64,000 nucleotides of DNA. Origin: an uncultured delta proteobacterium. GTDB taxonomy: Bacteria > Desulfobacterota > BSN033 > UBA1163. Of the stretch, positions 41,464-52,634 are shown in pieces; positions within the stretch are counted from its first letter, which is position 1, and every line of letters begins with the position of its first letter. The translations under genes and the position numbers were made by a program. The notes under the pieces were generated by a model that was not told the DNA's origin, ran no database searches, and saw only the letters and a program-made list of their open reading frames with translations. The stretch lies in assembly GCA_963827685.1 (NCBI GenBank), contig CAWHBU010000003.1, forward strand, positions 1,088,001-1,152,000, given 5' to 3'.

Positions 41464-41820
41464 GTGACAGAAAATAACGTTAGAGTTTTTCTGTTCTTAA
41501 TTGTTATGATTGTCGCTTTCGCCGGGGTTTTGTATATTCGTGCTTTCTTAACCAGGAGAGCTATTTTCAAAGTAATAGAGATTTTTTATCAACACAATGC
41601 TCTGGGAATGAATGGCGCCAAGACACTGCATGAGCTTGGACTTGAGCGCCCAGATTTCTTCCAAAGGATAACGAGACCACGCGACTATAAGCAATATGCC
41701 CTTCAAATTCTCATAAAAAGAGAGATTATCCTTGTGAATGAGGATGGAAGGTTGTACATGGTTGAAGAAAGGCTCGATCAAGACTTGAGAAACAAAAGGA
41801 GCGATCTGTTTTCACATTGA
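41464..41820 (+). CDS. Small membrane-anchored hypothetical protein
   Basis: AAGGAG RBS; N-terminal transmembrane helix. Confidence 0.7.
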   Translation: MTENNVRVFLFLIVMIVAFAGVLYIRAFLTRRAIFKVIEIFYQHNALGMNGAKTLHELGLERPDFFQRITRPRDYKQYALQILIKREIILVNEDGRLYMVEERLDQDLRNKRSDLFSH

Positions 41821-41897
41821 AATCAGATGTCAAAATCCCTGTCTACCCTGCACACCGCAGGCAGGTGCAGGGTCGGATTTGGTTACTGGAAATTGAT

Positions 41898-42272
41898 TTA
41901 TTCCTTGATTGCCTGAATTCTTCTGAGAGTGCACTCCCGTCCCTTTTCCACTTTAATTTGGAACGAACTACATTTCGGACAGGAGTAAGGGATGACATGC
42001 CGGAAAGGATCTTGCCGATCAAGGCGAATTCCCCCCTTGTATCCACAGGATTCGCATTGGACGCGAGCCTTGACCGTTTTTACCTTAACCTCCGCTCCCT
42101 CAGCCACTGATCCTTTGAATAATTCATGAATCCAAAAAGTGACCTGTTCGACATTGACGAGGGTCAATTCGCCAATCTCTAATTGAATAGAGAGAACCTT
42201 TTTCCCATTATTTTTTTTTGCCGTTTCGAGAACGTTTCGTACGATTTCGGAGGATATGGAGAATTCGTGCAT
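41898..42272 (-). CDS. hypA: Hydrogenase nickel metallochaperone HypA
   Basis: MHE N-terminus; CESC and CPKC zinc site. Confidence 0.96.
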   Translation of the reverse strand: MHEFSISSEIVRNVLETAKKNNGKKVLSIQLEIGELTLVNVEQVTFWIHELFKGSVAEGAEVKVKTVKARVQCESCGYKGGIRLDRQDPFRHVIPYSCPKCSSFQIKVEKGRECTLRRIQAIKE

Positions 42273-42274
42273 GG

Positions 42275-42949
42275 TTAAGTTTTCAATCCCAGAGCATCAA
42301 TGACTCTCGGTATCCCAATTCCTTTGACCGCATTGGTCTTTATAAAGGGAGCTTGGGGATTGATCTTTTTGGCGTCTCCTTCCATTTGGGAAGGATTCAC
42401 CTTCATCACTTCAGCCAAATCAATTTTATTGAGAACGATCACATCCGCTTCTCTGAAGATATAGGGATGTTTTAAGATGGTATAGGGTCCTTCGGTCACG
42501 GACGTAATAACCAGCCTCTTATGGGCACCTAACGGGAATTCCCCCGGACAGATGAGGTTCCCCACATTCTCGATGAAGAGGATTTTGACACCATCCAGTT
42601 TCATCCTTTTCACTGCCTGTTGAATCAGGTGGGCATCCAGATGACATTCCTTTCCAGTGTTGACCTGGATCACACGAGCTCCCTCCGCCTCGATTCTTTC
42701 TGCATCAATCGTCGTAGTGAGGTCTCCTGCGATGACAGCCGCTTTCTTACCCATCCCAAGTCCTTTTAAGATCGCCTTGATCAAAGAAGTCTTCCCTGAT
42801 CCGATCGAACCCATAATATCAATAGCCAATATATTCGAACCATCAAACTTCTTCCTGTTTTCTTTAGCCAAACTCTTGTTTTTGGCCAGAAGGTCTTTCT
42901 CCAATTCAATATCGAATATCTCAGGTCCCCTCGATTTTATGATCTTCAT
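42275..42949 (-). CDS. hypB: Hydrogenase nickel incorporation GTPase HypB
   Basis: GSIGSGKT, ECHLDA, ENVGNLICP, NKID. Confidence 0.96.
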   Translation of the reverse strand: MKIIKSRGPEIFDIELEKDLLAKNKSLAKENRKKFDGSNILAIDIMGSIGSGKTSLIKAILKGLGMGKKAAVIAGDLTTTIDAERIEAEGARVIQVNTGKECHLDAHLIQQAVKRMKLDGVKILFIENVGNLICPGEFPLGAHKRLVITSVTEGPYTILKHPYIFREADVIVLNKIDLAEVMKVNPSQMEGDAKKINPQAPFIKTNAVKGIGIPRVIDALGLKT

Positions 42950-43367
42950 CTCCAAATCTCCTTTGATTTTACTTATCAATAAATATGAAAAATTATAACG
43001 GAATTCAATTTGAAAAGAAAGTTTAGGTTGTAATCGCAATACACGTTTTCATATCTGTGACCCGAATCGCGGCGGCAAGGTATCCTTAACAGAGGTAGAG
43101 GCTTTGAACCAACATAAAATTGTAATAATTAGTAGCAATTTAGATAAATTTGGAAACAAAAGGCAAAGAAATTATAAGTATAAATTAATTCTATTTTCCA
43201 CTTGACAAAAAAATCTTTTGTGGTATCTTTCACAAAACTTCAATCCTATCTAATCCTTATAGTCTTCAAGACATGGGGGTCCTCAAAAAAATAAGTTTAA
43301 ATAATTTCGAAAGCGTAGAATTAAACCTCCATTAAAAAAATTCTAAGAAAGGGGGGAAAGAATCCTC

Positions 43368-46300
43368 ATGAAAATTACCAGAAGGACTTTTCTAAAGATT
43401 TCGGGCGCCACAGCCGCAGGAACGGTGATGGGCGGGTTGGGATTTGATCTCTCTCCGGCTGAGGTCTATGCCCAAGAACTCCGAACTAAGGGAGCTAAGG
43501 AAACCACTACGGTCTGCTGCTACTGTTCGGTCGGCTGCGGAATTATCGTCAGCACTGATGCCAAAGGAAAAGTGATCAATTCTGAAGGAGATCCAGATCA
43601 TCCCATCAATGAAGGGGCTCTCTGCGCTAAAGGAGCCTCCCTCTATCAGATTGCCGTTAATGATAACAGGTTGAAAAGGGTCCGCTATCGAGCACCCTAT
43701 AGCAATACCTGGAAAGAGGTTAGTTGGGAATGGGCCTCGGATAAGATCGCGGCAAACGTCAAAAAGAGCCGGGATGCGAGCTTCATGGAGAAGAATGCTA
43801 AAGGCCAGGTGGTCAACCGAACCAATGGTATCGCTTCGGTTGGAAGTGCAGCGATGGATAATGAGGAATGTTGGCTCTATCAGAAATTCTTGAGATCCTT
43901 AGGTATCGTCTATCTCGAACATCAGGCCCGTATCTGACACAGCGCCACTGTAGCGGCTCTGGGAGAGTCGTTCGGACGCGGTGCCATGACCAATCACTAT
44001 ATCGATTTTCGAAATGCCGATGTGATTCTAAACATGGGTGGCAATGTTGCCGAAAACCACCCTGTCTCCTTTAAATGGGTCCAGGCCGCTAAGGACAGGG
44101 GCGCCATCTTCATCCATGTGGATCCAAGGTTTACCAGAACTTCAACCAAGGCTGATATCTTTGTGCGGCTCCGTTCTGGAACAGATATCGCCTTCCTTGG
44201 CGGGATGATTAAATACATCCTGGATAATAATCTCTATGATGAATTTTATGTTAAAAATTATACGAATGCTCCTTATATTGTGAGTCCCAGGTATGGTTTT
44301 GATGACGGTCTTTTTTCAGGCTATGATCCAAACAAAAGGGCCTACGATGCTTCGACCTGGGCTCTTGAAAAGGATGAACAGGGGATTCCAAAAGGAGATA
44401 TGACTCTGCAAAACCCCCGGTGTGTCTTCCAACTTATGAAGAAACATTATTCCCGTTATACGCTGGAGAAGGTTTCTCAGATCACCGGAACCCCCACAGA
44501 CGACTTGGAAAAGGTTTATAAAACTTATGGTTCAACCGGGGCCCCAGATAAAGCTGGGACAGAACTGTATGCCATGGGCTGGACCCAGCATACAGTAGGC
44601 GTCCAGAATATCCGTGCCATGTGTATGATCCAGTTACTTCTCGGGAACATGGGGATTGCCGGTGGCGGGGTGAATGCCCTTCGAGGAGAGTCGAATGTCC
44701 AGGGTTCAACCGACCAAGCTTTGTTGTTCCACATCATTCCTGGATATCTACCAGCGCCTCGGGCTCAATGGGAAACTCTTGCGGATTATAACAAGACTAC
44801 CCCGGCTTCCAAAGATCCACGGAGCCTGAACTGGTGGAAGAACCGCCCCAAGTATGTGGCCAGCCTATTAAAATCGATGTACGGGGACAACGCCACTAAG
44901 GAAAGGGATTTCGGATATGCATGGATGCCTAAATTGGACCCTACGCAGGATGCTTCTTGGCTAAATCTCTTTGACGAGATGTATAAGGGAAGCTTCACTG
45001 GATTTTTTGCCTGGGGCATGAATCCTGCCTGTTCGGGTGCGAATGCTGGTAAAGTTCGTCAAGCCATGACCAAGCTGGATTGGTTGGTCAATGTCAATGT
45101 CTTTGACAGCGAAACGGGTTCGTTCTGGATGGGACCAGGCATGGATCCCAAGAAGATCAAGACGGAGGTGTTCTTACTTCCCTGCGCTGCTTCTATGGAA
45201 AAGGAAGGCAGCATCAGCAACAGTGGCCGCTGGATGCAGTGGCGTTATAAAGCAGCAAATCCACCTGGAGAGGCCAAACCCGATGGAGATATCATGTACG
45301 AGTTGTTTAAAAAGGTTTCGGCGCTCTACGGAAAAGGAAAAGGGGTATTTCCAGAACCGATCTTGAATTTGAAGTGGGACTATGAGACCAACGGTCATTT
45401 CGATATTCACAAGGTGGCAAAAGAGATTAATGGTTATTTCCTCGAAGATATACCTGAACATCCGGTAGACAAGAAAGCATACAAAAAGGGAACTTTGGTC
45501 CCAAGCTTTGTTTACCTGCTCGACGATGGCCGGACCTCCAGCGGCAACTGGCTCTATTCGGCCAGCTATACCGAGGCTGGAAACATGGCTGCTCGGAGAA
45601 AGAAGACTGACCCAACTGGGTTAGGTTTATATCCAGAGTGGTCATGGTGTTGGCCAGTCAATCGACGAATTATTTACAACCGCGCTTCTGTTGACCTGAA
45701 TGGGAATCCACGCGATCCGAAACGGGCTTTGCTTAAATGGGATTCAACGGGGAAGAAATGGATGGGTGATATTCCAGACGGACCGCAACCCCCCATGGGC
45801 ACCAATGGGATCTATCCCTTTATCATGAAACCCGATGGGTTAGCCTCCCTCTTTGGACCCGGGTTAAAAGATGGACCATTCCCCGAACATTATGAGCCTC
45901 TGGAATGTCCGATCGAGAAAAACTTGATGTCTGGTCAGAGGATTAACCCTGTTATTAAGATCTTCGAGGGAGGCCCGGATACTTTTACGACCTGCGATCC
46001 GAGGTATCCATTTGTCTGCAGCACCTACCGGGTGACCGAACACTGGCAGACCGGAGTTCTGACCCGATGGTTACCCTGGCTTATTGAGGCCGAACCTCAA
46101 ATTTTTTGTGAGATGAGTTTGGAATTGGCCAAACTGAGAGGGATCACGAATGGTGATAAAGTGATCGTGGAGACTCCCCGGGGCAAAGTATGGGCTGTGG
46201 CCATCGTCACTTCTCGTCTTAAGCCCTTCAATATTGCCGGCAATACCGTTCATCAGATTGGGCTGCCGTGGCATTTCGGCTGGATCCATCCCAAGGATGG

Positions 46301-46421
46301 CGGGGATAGTGCAAACTTGTTGACCCCAACAATCGGAGATCCAAATACCATGATTCCGGAATCCAAGGCCTTTATGGCCAATGTCCGCAAACTAACCAAA
46401 ACACCGGCCCAAAAAGGCTGA
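43368..46421 (+). CDS. fdnG: Formate dehydrogenase alpha subunit, selenocysteine-containing (UGA at 43935-43937), Tat-exported
   Basis: TRRTFLK, CCYCSVGC, EHQARI-U-HSATVAAL joins two in-frame ORFs; downstream SECIS-like hairpin GCGGCTCT-GGG-AGAGTCGT. Confidence 0.96.
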
Positions 46422-46435
46422 GGGAGGTGAGATAA

Positions 46436-47170
46436 ATGACAGAAGGAAAATCTTTCTTCATCGATACAACCAAATGTACCGCTTGCAGAGGCTGCCAGAT
46501 GTCTTGTAAGCAATGGAATCAACGGGCAACAGAAAAAACGATTAACCGGGGAAGTCATCAGAATCCGCCGGATCTATCCTATAACACATGGAAATTGGTT
46601 CGATTCAGCGAGATCCCCGGGGATAAGGTGGCCTGGTATTTCTTCCCAGATCAATGTCGTCATTGTATGTCTCCTCCTTGTAAAGAGGTCGCAGATGGAA
46701 AAGCCAAAGGCGCCATTACACAGGATGAGAAGACAGGGGCAGTAGTCTTTAATCCAAAAGTAAAGATGAAACCAGCTGATTTTAAGGAAATTCGTGAGGC
46801 TTGCCCTTATGATATTCCAAGATTCCTCCCCGGTACAGGAGTGATGGCGAAATGCACGATGTGTTTCGACCGCACCAAAGAGGGGATGCTGCCCGCTTGT
46901 GTCAAGACCTGCCCGACCGGAGCAATGAACTTTGGAGATAGGAAGGACATTCTCGAGAAGGCAAATAAGAGATTGGAAGTGGTGAAAAAACTTTATAAAG
47001 ATGCCATGCTCGCCAATCCTGATGACGTTCGGATAATCTATCTTCTTGTAGATGACCCCAAGAAGTATCACAAATTTGCAGTCGCAGAAAATACGATCGG
47101 GATCACAAGAAAGATGGCGCTCAGACGCCTCTTTCAACCTCTGAGCGATCTTCGACACATAATCGGATAA
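46436..47170 (+). CDS. Formate dehydrogenase beta (FeS) subunit
   Basis: CTACRGC, CRHCMSPPC, CTMC, ACVKTCP; no transmembrane anchor. Confidence 0.92.
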   Translation: MTEGKSFFIDTTKCTACRGCQMSCKQWNQRATEKTINRGSHQNPPDLSYNTWKLVRFSEIPGDKVAWYFFPDQCRHCMSPPCKEVADGKAKGAITQDEKTGAVVFNPKVKMKPADFKEIREACPYDIPRFLPGTGVMAKCTMCFDRTKEGMLPACVKTCPTGAMNFGDRKDILEKANKRLEVVKKLYKDAMLANPDDVRIIYLLVDDPKKYHKFAVAENTIGITRKMALRRLFQPLSDLRHIIG

Positions 47171-47198
47171 AACGTTATCAAAGGGGGGTTATAGATCA

Positions 47199-47242
47199 GG
47201 GCTTGTTTGGGATGAGAGTCCCGAAACAAGCCCATTTTTTTC
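47199..47242 (+). terminator. Intrinsic terminator after fdhAB
   Basis: GGGCTTGTTT...AAACAAGCCC followed by a T run. Confidence 0.75.
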
Positions 47243-47376
47243 ACATAAACAGATTGCCTTGCTTCGCTCGCAATGACATTTTAACTATTGGGCTCACCTT
47301 CGGTCATTGCGAGGAGCCCTGTTGCCGCAGGGCGACGAAGCAATCTCAAAAATGTCTTTTAGCAAAGGAGATCTGA

Positions 47377-48228
47377 TTGGAAAACCTGAGAGAAAGGATC
47401 GAACGACTCAAAAAGAAAAGACCTGGCTATGGAGAAATCTTGGATTTCTACCAAAAGGTCAAAGAGGCACAAGATGAAGTGAAAGCCTCTTTAGAAATTG
47501 ATCCCATACATCTTAAGAAGGAATGGAAAGAACTCTTGGCTAAAGAGGGCTTCTCATTGATTCAAAGAGAAGATTTTCCGTTGGACATCGAGGTATCCGC
47601 GAAACTTTTCCAAAACCTCTGTCAGATCGGAAAAGAGGCAAATCCTCATATGGCTGAACAGGTGAAGAAGATCAAAGAAGCTATCGACGACAAAAGAATA
47701 GACTTAAAGAAATTATTGAAGAAGGGGGCAAAAGAGGAGTGGATTGAACAGATGGCTGATGAATTGGGATTGGATAAGAAGGTCTTTTTATTCTTAATTC
47801 AGAGTACCACCAAGCCTTCGATTGAAGCAGGAATGGAAAAACTTCGCAGTGAGATCGATCCTGAAACCTGGCTTAAAGGATATTGTCCTATTTGTGGCTC
47901 CCTTCCTTCCTTAAGTCTATTGAAAGAGGAAGTAGGCAAGCGGTATCTTCTCTGTTCCTATTGTGGTTATCAGTGGAGAATTGATCGAATATTTTGTCCT
48001 TTCTGCAATAACAAAGATCAGGAAACTCTCCACTATCTTTTTGCAGAGGGAGAAGAAGCATATCGCATCGACCTCTGTGAAGAATGTCATCAGTATATCA
48101 AAACGATTGATTACAGAAATCTTGAAGAATCAGATCCAGTTTTAGAGGATCTCGCCACACTTCATCTCGATATTTTGGCCACACAAAAGGGCTATAAGAG
48201 ACCCGTCCCGAACCCCTGGACCACCTAA
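47377..48228 (+). CDS. fdhE: Formate dehydrogenase accessory protein FdhE
   Basis: CPICGS, CSYC, CPFC, CEEC..YIK, DLATLHLD. Confidence 0.93.
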   Translation: MENLRERIERLKKKRPGYGEILDFYQKVKEAQDEVKASLEIDPIHLKKEWKELLAKEGFSLIQREDFPLDIEVSAKLFQNLCQIGKEANPHMAEQVKKIKEAIDDKRIDLKKLLKKGAKEEWIEQMADELGLDKKVFLFLIQSTTKPSIEAGMEKLRSEIDPETWLKGYCPICGSLPSLSLLKEEVGKRYLLCSYCGYQWRIDRIFCPFCNNKDQETLHYLFAEGEEAYRIDLCEECHQYIKTIDYRNLEESDPVLEDLATLHLDILATQKGYKRPVPNPWTT

Positions 48229-48333
48229 CAGCAATCATCGCTGTGCGCAGAGCGCTGAGCGCTCAGCGTTCTATTGCCCCTTGTTTTCGAAGAATGAATG
48301 GGGTATAAATATTTTTATTTAGAGGTGAATAGT

Positions 48334-49467
48334 ATGAAGGGAAAATGGTTTCTGATAGGCGTTTTGGTTCTGGGATGTTTCTTGTTCTTCAATGCATTTC
48401 CGTCCCGTGCCCAAAAATCGCCCAAGACTCTAACGCTCCTCTACAGCAATAATATTAATGGCGAGATCGACCCTTGCCCGACCTGAGGAGAAAAGAGTCG
48501 AGCTGGCGGTCTGGCCAGAAGAGGAGCCTGGGTCAAGGATTTACGGGAGAGCGAAAAGGGGATACTCGTTTTGGATTCGGGCGATCTCCTTTTCAAAAGG
48601 TTTTCTAATCCCGTTCCTGAAAATGAGTTAAAGGGGATGAGCGAGAAAGCGAATCTCATCATCGAGAGTTTCAATCTAATGGGCTGCGATGCCATAGGAA
48701 TTGGGGATGATGATTTGACCCTGGGGAAGGAGTTTCTATTAGAAATTTCAAAGAAGGCCAACTTCCCATTTCTTTCTTCCAATCTCCTGGATGAGGCATC
48801 AGGAAAAACTCTTCTCCAATCTTCTGTAATAAGGGAAGTCAAAGGTCTCCGAATTGGAATTTTTAGCCTTCTCTCGCCCGATTTCTTTACAAGTCCTTCC
48901 GATCCCCGGAGAAGGGGATTGAACATTCGGCCACCGATCGAAACAGCACAGGCCATGGTTAAAGAACTTAAACCCAAAACCGATTTGATCATCCTCCTGA
49001 GCCATCTGGGTTATGGGAAAGATGTCGAGTTGGCTCGGACTTTACAAGGAATCAATATTGTCGTGGGTAGCCATACTGGGATCAATGTCACCTATCCTCC
49101 ACCCTCAAACACAATTATCGTTCAGACCGGTTCTCGAGGAATGTTTGGAGGAAGACTTGACCTCCTCTTTAGTAACCGTGAACCTATCTTTTACAATTCG
49201 GCAAAGAAGATATCTTTGGAGAACTCCCTCAACCATATCAACCAACGATTAACCTCTAAGGAAACTCCAGAGGCTGAGAAGGCTCGATTGCAAAGAGCCA
49301 AAGAGGAGACCGAACGAGCCCTTAACCAACTGCGGGGTAAAAACCAATTTACGAATCACATCATTTCACTACAAGACCAAATGAAAGAGGATCCTGATAT
49401 TAAAAAGTTGGTTGAAGCTTATAAGGCAAGAACGCAAACCACAGAAAATCCTGTCTCTCTGAAATGA
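48334..49467 (+). CDS. Exported UshA-like metallophosphoesterase, probable selenoprotein (UGA at 48484-48486)
   Basis: Signal peptide; GEIDPCPT-U-GEKSRAGGLARR in frame with DSGD, LSHLG, GSHTG; SECIS-like CTGGC-GGTCTG-GCCAG. Confidence 0.85.
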
Positions 49468-51239
49468 CGAAGATGGCAAGTATCGATCTAATCCTTTTGC
49501 ATCCCCCTACCCTTTACGACTTCAGAAAGCGGCCCGGGATCCATGGTCCGATCAGCGATGTCGTCCCCTCCACGCCCATCTTCGAAATGTATCCCATCGG
49601 GTTTACCAGCCTCTCAGAATATCTGGAGCGCCACGGTCTCAAGGTGAGGATCATCAATGTGGCGATGAAGATGCTTAAGGATGAACAATTTGACGTGGAG
49701 CGGCTCATCCGGAAAAATAAGCCCGTGGCCTTCGGGATCGATCTCCATTGGATGGCCCATGTCCAGGGGGCATTGGCTCTCGCAGAGATCATCAAACGGT
49801 TTCATCCCGACATCCCTGTCATCTTAGGCGGGCTTTCTGCCACTTACTATCACGAAGAGATTCTCCGTCAATATCCTTTTATCGATTTTGTGATGAGAGG
49901 AGATTCCACAGAGAAGCCGCTGCTTCAACTCCTCCAAGCGATCAAAAAAGAGGGGGATTTCAAGAATGTTCCTAACCTCACCTATAGAGATGGGAGGAAT
50001 GGAATTCAGGCCAATCCCCTCACCCATGTGCCGGAGAACCTTGACGAGATTACGATCGACTACCGTCACATCATGAAGAAGGTGGTGAGGTATGTTGACC
50101 CCACGGGCTACCAGCCTTTTATTGATTGGTATGCCTATCCGGTGACGGCCGTCTTCACGTGCCGGGGGTGCATTTACACTTGTAAAACTTGCGGAGGCTC
50201 CGCACAGACCTTCCGAACGATGGCCAGCCGGAGGAAGCCAGCCTATCGGAATCCCAAATTGTTGGCACAGGATATCTTCAATGTCTCAGATCACCTCCAT
50301 GCCCCGGTGATGATCATCGGCGATATCTTTCAACCCGGAGAAGAATATGGTTTCGCCTTTCTGCGGGAGATCAAGAAGAGGCCGATCACCAACCATATCG
50401 CCTTTGAGTTTTTTGTCCCTCCCTCCAGGGATCAACTGAAAAGGATTGCTGATTCTATTTCGAACTTCAATATCGAAATCTCTCCTGAGTCTCACGATGA
50501 AGAAGTCCGAAGGGCTTTTGGAAGGCCTTACAACAATGAGTCGCTGGAAAGGATGCTCGGGGATGCCATCGATCTCGGCTCAAAACGGATCGATCTCTTC
50601 TTCATGACCGGTCTTCCAAAACAAACTTATCAATCCGTTCTGGAAACGGTGGATTATTGTCGTTCTCTGTTGGAACGATTTCGTTCCCACAACAAACTCT
50701 TCCCCTTCATCTCTCCCCTGGCCCCCTTCCTCGACCCCGGGAGCACGGTCTTTGAAGCACCGGAAAAATATGGATATCGTCTGCTTTGTCGGACAGTGGA
50801 AGAACATCGCCAGGCTTCATTGGCCCCGAGTTGGAAATATATCCTCAACTACGAAACGGAATGGATGAATCGGGACGAGATCGTTTACAGCACCTATGAA
50901 GCCGGGAAGAGGCTCAATCGTCTGAAGGCCGAATTCGGTCTGATCGATCTGAAGACAGCAGAATCGGTGGAGATGCGACTCGAAGGGGCGGTCCGGATGA
51001 TGAAGGAGATCGATCGGATCATGACCATTCCAAACAGCATAGAAAGGGAGGCTGCCTTGAAGTCCCTTTCAGGTGGCCGCCTCGCCCTTCAACAGTATAG
51101 CATGTCTACGATCTGTGAGAAGAAAGAACTGGAATGGCCGACTCGATTCATTCGAATGAATTTCTTCAAGATTCTTAAAACACTCCTGGCGAGGAGGAAG
51201 CCCAATGTCTCCATCCCTTCGTCAACAGGTTCTCCGTAA
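49464..51239 (+). CDS. B12-binding domain radical SAM protein (TIGR04190-like)
   Basis: LLHPP..YDFR..EMYPIGF, GIDLHW, GGLSAT, CIYTCKTC. Confidence 0.88.
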   Translation: MTKMASIDLILLHPPTLYDFRKRPGIHGPISDVVPSTPIFEMYPIGFTSLSEYLERHGLKVRIINVAMKMLKDEQFDVERLIRKNKPVAFGIDLHWMAHVQGALALAEIIKRFHPDIPVILGGLSATYYHEEILRQYPFIDFVMRGDSTEKPLLQLLQAIKKEGDFKNVPNLTYRDGRNGIQANPLTHVPENLDEITIDYRHIMKKVVRYVDPTGYQPFIDWYAYPVTAVFTCRGCIYTCKTCGGSAQTFRTMASRRKPAYRNPKLLAQDIFNVSDHLHAPVMIIGDIFQPGEEYGFAFLREIKKRPITNHIAFEFFVPPSRDQLKRIADSISNFNIEISPESHDEEVRRAFGRPYNNESLERMLGDAIDLGSKRIDLFFMTGLPKQTYQSVLETVDYCRSLLERFRSHNKLFPFISPLAPFLDPGSTVFEAPEKYGYRLLCRTVEEHRQASLAPSWKYILNYETEWMNRDEIVYSTYEAGKRLNRLKAEFGLIDLKTAESVEMRLEGAVRMMKEIDRIMTIPNSIEREAALKSLSGGRLALQQYSMSTICEKKELEWPTRFIRMNFFKILKTLLARRKPNVSIPSSTGSP

Positions 51240-52629
51240 GATTCCCAGCGTGGACGAAATCCTTTCAAGACCTGAGATCGTAGATCTCTTGAAGGTCCAT
51301 CCCCGTCATGTCGTGGTTGAAGCCATCCGAGAAGGATTGGGGCGACTGCGCGAAGAAATTCTCCACAAAGAAGAAATCCCTCAATTAGGAGATGCCCTCT
51401 TCTCTTTCGAAAACCTTTATCCCCTCTTCCAAAAAGAGATTGACCTTCAAGTTCGGCCTCGGCTCCGCCGAGTTATTAATGCAACCGGAGTGGTGATCCA
51501 CACGAATCTGGGAAGAGCTCCGCTGCATCCTTCTGCGATTGAACACCTCGCCGAAGTCTCCAAGACCTATTCCAACCTGGAATATGATCTGGATCGAGGC
51601 GAACGGGGAAGTCGACACGGCCACGTGGAAGAAATTCTCTGCCGCCTCTCGGGTGCAGAATCAGCCTTGGTGGTGAACAACAATGCCGGGGCTGTCTTGC
51701 TTGTCTTAAATACTCTTGGAGAGGGTAAGGAGGTGATCGTCTCGAGAGGAGAACTGGTCGAAATCGGAGGAGCTTTTCGAATCCCCGATGTGATGAAACG
51801 AAGCGGGGCTTTACTCAGGGAGGTCGGGACGACCAATCGTACCCACTTCAACGATTACCAAAAGGCCATCGGCCCTCACACGGCTCTGCTTCTGAAGGTG
51901 CATACCAGTAATTTCAGAGTGATGGGGTTCACCTCCGAAGTCTCTCTGCAAGATCTGGTGCAACTGGGGAGGGAACATCAACTCCCTGTCGTGGATGATT
52001 TGGGAAGCGGCTGTCTAATAGACCTCACCCAATACGGATTGGAGAAGGAGCCTACTGTCCAGGAGACGATTAAAACAGGTGTGGATGCAGTCACCATAAG
52101 CGGTGATAAGCTTCTTGGAGGCCCACAGGCAGGAATCATTTTAGGGAAGAAAAAATTTTTGGACCTCTTCAAGATCAATCCCTTGACCCGAGCCCTTCGC
52201 ATCGACAAGCTCACCCTGGCTGCTCTTGAATCTACCCTCCTCCTCTATTTGGATGAGAAGAGGGCCATGGAAGAGATCCCGACCCTTCGGATGTTAAGTC
52301 TGGATACAAGGAGGTTAAAAAGGAGAGGAAAACGTCTGGTGAAAAGACTGTCGGGGGTGACGAATAAAAAGATGACGTTCACTCTGAAAGAAGATGTTTC
52401 TCAGGTGGGTGGTGGGGCCCTCCCTCTTCAGGAACTTCCAACCATAGTCGTTGCCGCCAAACCTCTCGAGGTGTCGGTGAACAGTCTCGAAGAAAATTTA
52501 AGGAGGGGTGATCCTCCCATCATTTCTCGAATCAGTAAAGAAGAATTGATCCTGGATATGAGGACCGTCTTCGATGAAGAAATCCCTCTTCTCGCTGCTG
52601 GAATTGAAAAAGCACTGAAGTGCCTTTAG
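51205..52629 (+). CDS. selA: L-seryl-tRNA(Sec) selenium transferase
   Basis: VINATGVVIHTNLGRA, SRGELVEIGG, SGDKLLGGPQ. Confidence 0.97.
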   Translation: MSPSLRQQVLRKIPSVDEILSRPEIVDLLKVHPRHVVVEAIREGLGRLREEILHKEEIPQLGDALFSFENLYPLFQKEIDLQVRPRLRRVINATGVVIHTNLGRAPLHPSAIEHLAEVSKTYSNLEYDLDRGERGSRHGHVEEILCRLSGAESALVVNNNAGAVLLVLNTLGEGKEVIVSRGELVEIGGAFRIPDVMKRSGALLREVGTTNRTHFNDYQKAIGPHTALLLKVHTSNFRVMGFTSEVSLQDLVQLGREHQLPVVDDLGSGCLIDLTQYGLEKEPTVQETIKTGVDAVTISGDKLLGGPQAGIILGKKKFLDLFKINPLTRALRIDKLTLAALESTLLLYLDEKRAMEEIPTLRMLSLDTRRLKRRGKRLVKRLSGVTNKKMTFTLKEDVSQVGGGALPLQELPTIVVAAKPLEVSVNSLEENLRRGDPPIISRISKEELILDMRTVFDEEIPLLAAGIEKALKCL

Positions 52630-52634
52630 CCGAA

